From: a virus | Virus record (IMG/VR): IMGVR_UViG_3300045988_070064 | Span: 1-56,962 of that record | Strand: one strand, 5' to 3' | DNA length: 56,962 nt | Shown here: piece by piece, positions 52,583-56,962 of the stretch | Position numbering within the stretch: the stretch's first letter is position 1 | Layout of the letters: each line of letters starts with the position of its first letter | The notes under the pieces: generated by a model | The model's database searches: none | Told to the model about the DNA's origin: nothing | The model's input: only the letters and a program-made list of their open reading frames with translations | Made by a program: the position numbers and the translations under genes

Positions 52583-53761
52583 ATGAAAAAAAGAAAGGAC
52601 AACAAAGGAAGAGTATTGCAAGACGGAGAATGCCAAAGGAAAGACGGCACCTATATGTTTCAATACAAAAATTTATCTGGAAACAGAAAATGCTTTTATG
52701 CAAAAACACTAGATGAATTGCGTAAAAAGGAAAAGAGCGTCAGGAAAAACGAAGTGTTTGGAATCATAGATGATAACTCTACATTGAATCAGATTTTTGA
52801 CGGATCTTTTCAAGGCAGGAGAAACATATCGGAAAGTACCAAGAATAACTATTTGAACTTATGGAACTATAGAGTTCGAAATGGAATAGGCGGAATTGAA
52901 GCAAGAAAAGTGACAAGATCTCATGTCATTAAATTTTACAATGAATTGTCTGACAACGGCTTGTCGTATTCTACCATCAAAGCATACAACATTATGCTTT
53001 CCCTTGTATTGGATGAAGCAATGAAAAATGACATAATATTAAAAAATCCATGCAAGGACTGCTTGAAGTTGTATGCAAACAACAAAAAGACAAGAGAAGC
53101 GCTGACTTTGGATCAGCAGATGGCATTTCTTGATTTTATTTTGGACAGTAAGGTTTATTCAAAGCATTATCCTCTACTCTTTCTTATGATTACAACGGCG
53201 GTGCGCTGCGGAGAAGCAATAGGTTTGACCTGGAATGATATCGACTTTAAGAGCAGAGAAATCAATATCGATCATCAATTGCTTTACAAAAAGCATAATG
53301 GCAGGTATCGGTTTTACATCGAAACTCCAAAAACGGAATCCGGAAAAAGAAAAATTCCAATGACGCGGGAGTTATGCAAAGTAATGATGGATTTTAGAGA
53401 GAAGCAATTTTCTTCTGGAATCAGATCTGATACAATAGACGGATATTCCAATTTTGTTTTTATAACTAAAAGAGGAAATCCAATCATGCCATCTGCAATA
53501 AATAATACATTGCTAAATATTGTAAACGCATATAATAAAGATGTAAAAGAAGATGATGTTTTTCTGCCGCACATATCTGCGCACATTTTAAGGCATACCG
53601 GATGTACACGGATGGCTGAAAAAGGAATTGATGTAAAGGTGCTACAAAAGATTATGGGGCATTCAGATATTTCCGTAACAATGAATATTTATACTCATGT
53701 TACATCAGATCGTTTGCATGAAGAGATAAAGAAACTCGAAATTTCGGAGATTGCCAGATGA
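52583..53761 (+). CDS. int: Tyrosine integrase (Tn916-Int-like, N-terminal arm-binding domain)
   Basis: ATG after GAAAGGAG; ...AVRCGEAIGLTWNDID (Arg box), ...HILRHTGCT..., ...GHSDISVTMNIYTHV (His/Tyr box). Confidence 0.9.
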   Translation: MKKRKDNKGRVLQDGECQRKDGTYMFQYKNLSGNRKCFYAKTLDELRKKEKSVRKNEVFGIIDDNSTLNQIFDGSFQGRRNISESTKNNYLNLWNYRVRNGIGGIEARKVTRSHVIKFYNELSDNGLSYSTIKAYNIMLSLVLDEAMKNDIILKNPCKDCLKLYANNKKTREALTLDQQMAFLDFILDSKVYSKHYPLLFLMITTAVRCGEAIGLTWNDIDFKSREINIDHQLLYKKHNGRYRFYIETPKTESGKRKIPMTRELCKVMMDFREKQFSSGIRSDTIDGYSNFVFITKRGNPIMPSAINNTLLNIVNAYNKDVKEDDVFLPHISAHILRHTGCTRMAEKGIDVKVLQKIMGHSDISVTMNIYTHVTSDRLHEEIKKLEISEIAR

Positions 53762-53763
53762 TG

Positions 53764-53787
53764 TATTTACATCAAATTTACATCAAA
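53764..53787 (+). repeat. attP arm-type repeat, copy 1
   Basis: TATTTACATCAAATTTACATCAAA, identical to 53992-54015; internally a tandem TTTACATCAAA. Confidence 0.8.
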
Positions 53788-53824
53788 ACAGTGTAATTTT
53801 AAGTAAATTTATACCACTTTTTAT

Positions 53825-53840
53825 AAAGTTTTTATAAATT
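53825..53840 (+). repeat. Second repeat family, copy 1
   Basis: AAAGTTTTTATAAATT, identical to 53897-53912. Confidence 0.75.
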
Positions 53841-53896
53841 CCGATGTTTTGAATATGTTGAAAGTACGCTTTATGTAAGGCTTTGACGGTTTTTAC

Positions 53897-53912
53897 AAAG
53901 TTTTTATAAATT
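53897..53912 (+). repeat. Second repeat family, copy 2
   Basis: AAAGTTTTTATAAATT. Confidence 0.75.
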
Positions 53913-53913
53913 T

Positions 53914-53942
53914 ATTAGCACTCACCTCTTGACAGTGCTAAT
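53914..53942. repeat. 9-bp inverted repeat (candidate attP core)
   Basis: ATTAGCACT (53914-53922) / AGTGCTAAT (53934-53942), 11-nt spacer. Confidence 0.5.
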
Positions 53943-53991
53943 TTGATTGTGAACCTTAGTGTTTTCGGTACTTTCATAAATTAAATCTCGA

Positions 53992-54015
53992 TATTTACAT
54001 CAAATTTACATCAAA
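53992..54015 (+). repeat. attP arm-type repeat, copy 2
   Basis: TATTTACATCAAATTTACATCAAA. Confidence 0.8.
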
Positions 54016-54074
54016 TTGAAAAAGTTTGAACATTGCGTTTTGACATAAATATGACAGTTTTTGGAAAGTTTGTT

Positions 54075-54096
54075 GACGGTTTTACCGTCTTTTTTT
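54075..54096 (+). terminator. Rho-independent terminator
   Basis: GACGG-tttta-CCGTC, then TTTTTTT. Confidence 0.65.
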
Positions 54097-54128
54097 ATGC
54101 AAAAATATAATTACAAGGAGGGATGCTT

Positions 54129-54302
54129 ATGTTATCCGACAAAACCTTAGAGAAAATTTTTGCACGCGAAGAACTGCAAAGACTTGACATGGCAACGCAG
54201 GCATCGGTTGTGAAAGCAATCGAGGAAATTTTGGAGGAGGAAAAACAAAATGCAGATGAACTACAATCCGTATCAGCAACAGCAACAGCCGATGAATTAT
54301 AA
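54129..54302 (+). CDS. Small ORF (57 aa)
   Basis: AAGGAGGG RBS; overlaps the next gene by 53 nt; below the track cutoff. Confidence 0.4.
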   Translation: MLSDKTLEKIFAREELQRLDMATQASVVKAIEEILEEEKQNADELQSVSATATADEL

Positions 54303-54717
54303 CCCGGTTTTTACCAATTATCCGCAGATGGCACAGAACATTCCGCAGAGAATCCAGCAGGAACCGCAAATAATGGGGAAAATTGTACAAAATGCGGAAA
54401 TGATAACTGCGAATGATGTTCCTTTGAATGGATCAGTAGCATTTTTCCCAAAACAAGATTTATCCGAGATTTATGCTAAAAGTTGGACTGCCGATGGTGT
54501 GATTCGCACAATGACATTTAAACCGATTCAAAATGAAGAGGTTGGCAATTTATCGACTGAAAGCACGGAAAGCCAAATAGGGGCAATTTTGAACGTTACA
54601 GACGGTTTAGAAAAGACCTTGAATGAGATTGTAAGCAAGATTGATAATTTGGAAAAAAATCTGGCTAAGCCGGCCACAAAAACAAGAAGTTCTTCTGCTA
54701 AAAAGGAGGATGAATAA
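54250..54717 (+). CDS. Hypothetical protein with Gln/Asn/Pro-rich N-terminus
   Basis: GGAGGAGG RBS; MQMNYNPYQQQQQPMNYNP... Confidence 0.65.
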   Translation: MQMNYNPYQQQQQPMNYNPVFTNYPQMAQNIPQRIQQEPQIMGKIVQNAEMITANDVPLNGSVAFFPKQDLSEIYAKSWTADGVIRTMTFKPIQNEEVGNLSTESTESQIGAILNVTDGLEKTLNEIVSKIDNLEKNLAKPATKTRSSSAKKEDE

Positions 54718-54920
54718 TGAATCCAAAACAGATTGTTATGAACATTATAAGAAGTAATCCACAAATGCAATCTAATCAAATGTTACAAAACATGATTGGA
54801 TTAGCAGAAAAAGGAGATATAAGCGGCATTGAAAACATTGGTAGAAACGCCGCAAAAGAAAAAGGAATTGACTTTGATAAGGAGTTTTCCAAATTTAAAA
54901 ATCAATTCCCATTTAGATAA
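54717..54920 (+). CDS. Hypothetical protein
   Basis: 67-aa ORF; TAATG coupling. Confidence 0.55.
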   Translation: MNPKQIVMNIIRSNPQMQSNQMLQNMIGLAEKGDISGIENIGRNAAKEKGIDFDKEFSKFKNQFPFR

Positions 54921-55817
54921 TTATTTGGCTTTATATTGGTTTGAACCCGTGTAGCACTTATTGCTCAATGCTCTTTCAAGTGGGAAACCACGATTTATAC
55001 GATTGCGAAGAGTTTGCTCATTTATTCCAATATCATTCGCCCATTGACGCAATGTTTTTGTTTGCCCGTTAAATTCAATGATTCTGTTTGTTGATTTATT
55101 TGATGCTTGAGTTGATATATTTGCCCATCTGCAATTAGACGGTTCGTAATTTCCGTTGTTGTCAATTCTATCAAGAGTAAATCCGTCTGGTCTTCCACCG
55201 ACAGAATCAGACCAAGAAACAAAATTCCAAAAGTTGTGCCATTCAGGGCAAACTTTTATACCGCGCCCACCATAGCGATCATAATGAGAACTGCTTTTGT
55301 TTTCGCAACGTTTAATCATCATACACCATGTGCCATATAAAGGGTTTTTTGTTCTACCATCTCGGTAATTTCCTGAAGATGTAGAATTATTATTGGCAAG
55401 TAGTTTGTTTTTTGATTTTAAACAACCACAACTTTTAATAGAACCGATAAATAATTGATTTGGAAGAACATCAACTATATTACCGCATTCGCATTTGCAT
55501 TTAATATATGTTTTTCCGTCATTTGTCTTGTTGGATATATCAATTATTGTTAGTTTGCCAAAAGTTTGACCTATAGAGTTTTTGATTTTTTGTTCAAGTT
55601 TATAACTTGCGTTTCTGTTTCGGCATTTGCCACATGATTTTTTGTGACCATATAATACTCTTCCGGGAGTTTCGGATATTACATTTCCGCAGTCACAAAG
55701 AAAATCAAATTTGTTTGATAAACAATGAGTTTTTGGTGATTCTCCGATTACTGTAAGTAGACCATACTTTTTCCCAATATAATCGGAAATGTTGTGTTTT
55801 TTGTAAGACGCTTTCAT
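54921..55817 (-). CDS. Free-standing HNH/AP2-type homing-endonuclease-like protein
   Basis: Two Cys-rich repeats (CDCGN...CGKC; CECGN...CGC); ...YGGRGIKVCPEW...LDRIDNNGNYEPSNCRWA; C-terminal HTH-like TLRQWANDIGINEQTLRNRINRG. Confidence 0.6.
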   Translation of the reverse strand: MKASYKKHNISDYIGKKYGLLTVIGESPKTHCLSNKFDFLCDCGNVISETPGRVLYGHKKSCGKCRNRNASYKLEQKIKNSIGQTFGKLTIIDISNKTNDGKTYIKCKCECGNIVDVLPNQLFIGSIKSCGCLKSKNKLLANNNSTSSGNYRDGRTKNPLYGTWCMMIKRCENKSSSHYDRYGGRGIKVCPEWHNFWNFVSWSDSVGGRPDGFTLDRIDNNGNYEPSNCRWANISTQASNKSTNRIIEFNGQTKTLRQWANDIGINEQTLRNRINRGFPLERALSNKCYTGSNQYKAK

Positions 55818-55998
55818 AAAAATAACACCTGTCCTTTCAGTGTAAAATGTCCAAATTATCTTGTACGGAAACTGTTAGGACAAACAGCTTATCGGGAGCT
55901 ACCCTATCCGTACAAATATATTATAGCACATTTTTTTAAATAAAGATAGTAATTCTTGCAAGATTATCTATAAATAATAAATTATGGAGGTAAAAAAT

Positions 55999-56775
55999 AT
56001 GTTTAATTCAACTTCTCCTAGTTTGGCAGATATTGCCGCTGTAACTGGGAATGACAGAAATGATGGCTTTGGAGATAATGGAGCATGGTGGATAATTGTG
56101 TTTGTTCTCTTCTTTGCTTTCGGTGGATGGAATGGTTTTGGCGGCAACGGCGGATCTACCGGTGCTACTGCGGCGGCTTACACAGATTCCGCAATCCAGA
56201 GAGGATTTGACACACAGTCTATCCTTGGAAAACTGGATGGAATCACTAACGGTATTTGCGATGGTATCTATGCTGTAAACAATTCCATGCTTACAGGGTT
56301 CAATGGAATCAACACAAACGTTATGCAGACTGGATTTGGAATCCAGCAGGCAATCAATGCAGACACTGTAGCAAATATGCAGAACACAAACGCATTGCAG
56401 TCACAGTTGGCTAATTGTTGCTGTGAGACACGCGAAGCAATTCAGGGTGTAAATTATAACATGGCACAAAACACTTGTGCTTTGCAAAACACCATGAACA
56501 CCAATACGAGAGATATCATTGACAGTCAGAATGCTGGCACTCGTGCTATCTTAGATTATCTCTGCAACGAAAAGATTTCTTCATTGCAGGCAGAAAACAA
56601 CGATCTCCGCAGAGCAGCATCACAGGATAGACAGTCCGCATTGCTTACTACAGAGATTGCTTCTCAAACGCAGCAGATCATCAACGCAGTACGCCCAACT
56701 CCGGTACCTGCTTATCCGGCATCTAACATTTATGGTTATGCAAATTGCGGATGCAATTCTGGATGTGGCTGCTAA
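55999..56775 (+). CDS. Membrane-anchored, Gly/Asn/Gln-rich protein with Cys-rich tail
   Basis: ATG 55999 lies 8 nt after GGAGG; TM WWIIVFVLFFAFGGW; internal CCC; ends ...YANCGCNSGCGC. Confidence 0.6.
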   Translation: MFNSTSPSLADIAAVTGNDRNDGFGDNGAWWIIVFVLFFAFGGWNGFGGNGGSTGATAAAYTDSAIQRGFDTQSILGKLDGITNGICDGIYAVNNSMLTGFNGINTNVMQTGFGIQQAINADTVANMQNTNALQSQLANCCCETREAIQGVNYNMAQNTCALQNTMNTNTRDIIDSQNAGTRAILDYLCNEKISSLQAENNDLRRAASQDRQSALLTTEIASQTQQIINAVRPTPVPAYPASNIYGYANCGCNSGCGC

Positions 56776-56796
56776 TCACAACAAAATAAGTCTATC

Positions 56797-56829
56797 TTAG
56801 TCCAAGATTAGTCCAAGATTAGTCTAAGA
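56797..56829 (+). repeat. 3 x 11-bp tandem repeat
   Basis: TTAGTCCAAGA x2, then TTAGTCTAAGA. Confidence 0.85.
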
Positions 56830-56867
56830 GGACTATGTCTGCAATAGCAGTTTTATCGAAGTTACTA

Positions 56868-56899
56868 GGGCAGACCAAGTGGTTTGCCCTTATTTTTTA
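56868..56899 (+). terminator. Rho-independent terminator
   Basis: GGGCAGACC/GGTTTGCCC stem (one G-T pair), then TTATTTTTT. Confidence 0.7.
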
Positions 56900-56907
56900 T
56901 GATTTGG

Positions 56908-56962
56908 AGGTATAATATTATGGCAGAATACACAGCAATAGCATTACAGAGTGTCGCACAAG
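56908..56962. repeat. Terminal overlap copy 2
   Basis: Identical to nt 1-55. Confidence 0.95.

Noticed and set aside
56908-56962. 55-bp terminal repeat as a genuine phage DTR or cos end
   Set aside because: The repeat length and its exact truncation at the contig edge fit an assembler k-mer overlap. It also bisects the RBS/start region of gene 13-435.

Overview
The window is a complete, circularly closed phage genome. Nt 1-55 recur exactly at 56908-56962 (assembler-type overlap), so the unit length is 56,907 bp. It looks like an AT-rich temperate siphovirus-type phage of a low-GC Gram-positive (Bacillota/Clostridia-like) host, judged from AGGAGG-type RBSs, TTGACA/TATAAT promoters and gene content.

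Order of modules:
- Accessory block: BclA-C-like protein, two HExxH metallopeptidase-like genes, CopG- and XRE-type regulators, an ORF6N antirepressor-like gene and a minus-strand cassette.
- Non-coding block with iterons, a polypurine tract and an AT-rich palindrome.
- terS-like gene.
- A 1.1-kb helix-dense locus without convincing ORFs, carrying three non-canonical tRNA-like modules.
- terL, split by a class-3-type intein that carries a LAGLIDADG endonuclease.
- Portal, scaffold, capsid, connector genes with an embedded holin, tail tube, frameshifted chaperone, 1576-aa tape measure, 1203-aa repeat-rich fibre and amidase endolysin.
- CI-like / Rha-antirepressor switch.
- Recombination module: SMC-like ATPase, RecT, MBL nuclease, SSB.
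- Replication module: replisome organizer and primase-helicase.
- A sigma factor and many small Zn-ribbon genes.
- ThyX-like and PAPS-reductase-like genes; the latter is broken by one in-frame TGA.
- Tn916-type orf7-like/xis/int module with attP repeats.

Long ORF-track entries antisense to big genes are shadows. All functional calls come from motif recognition by eye; no searches were run.
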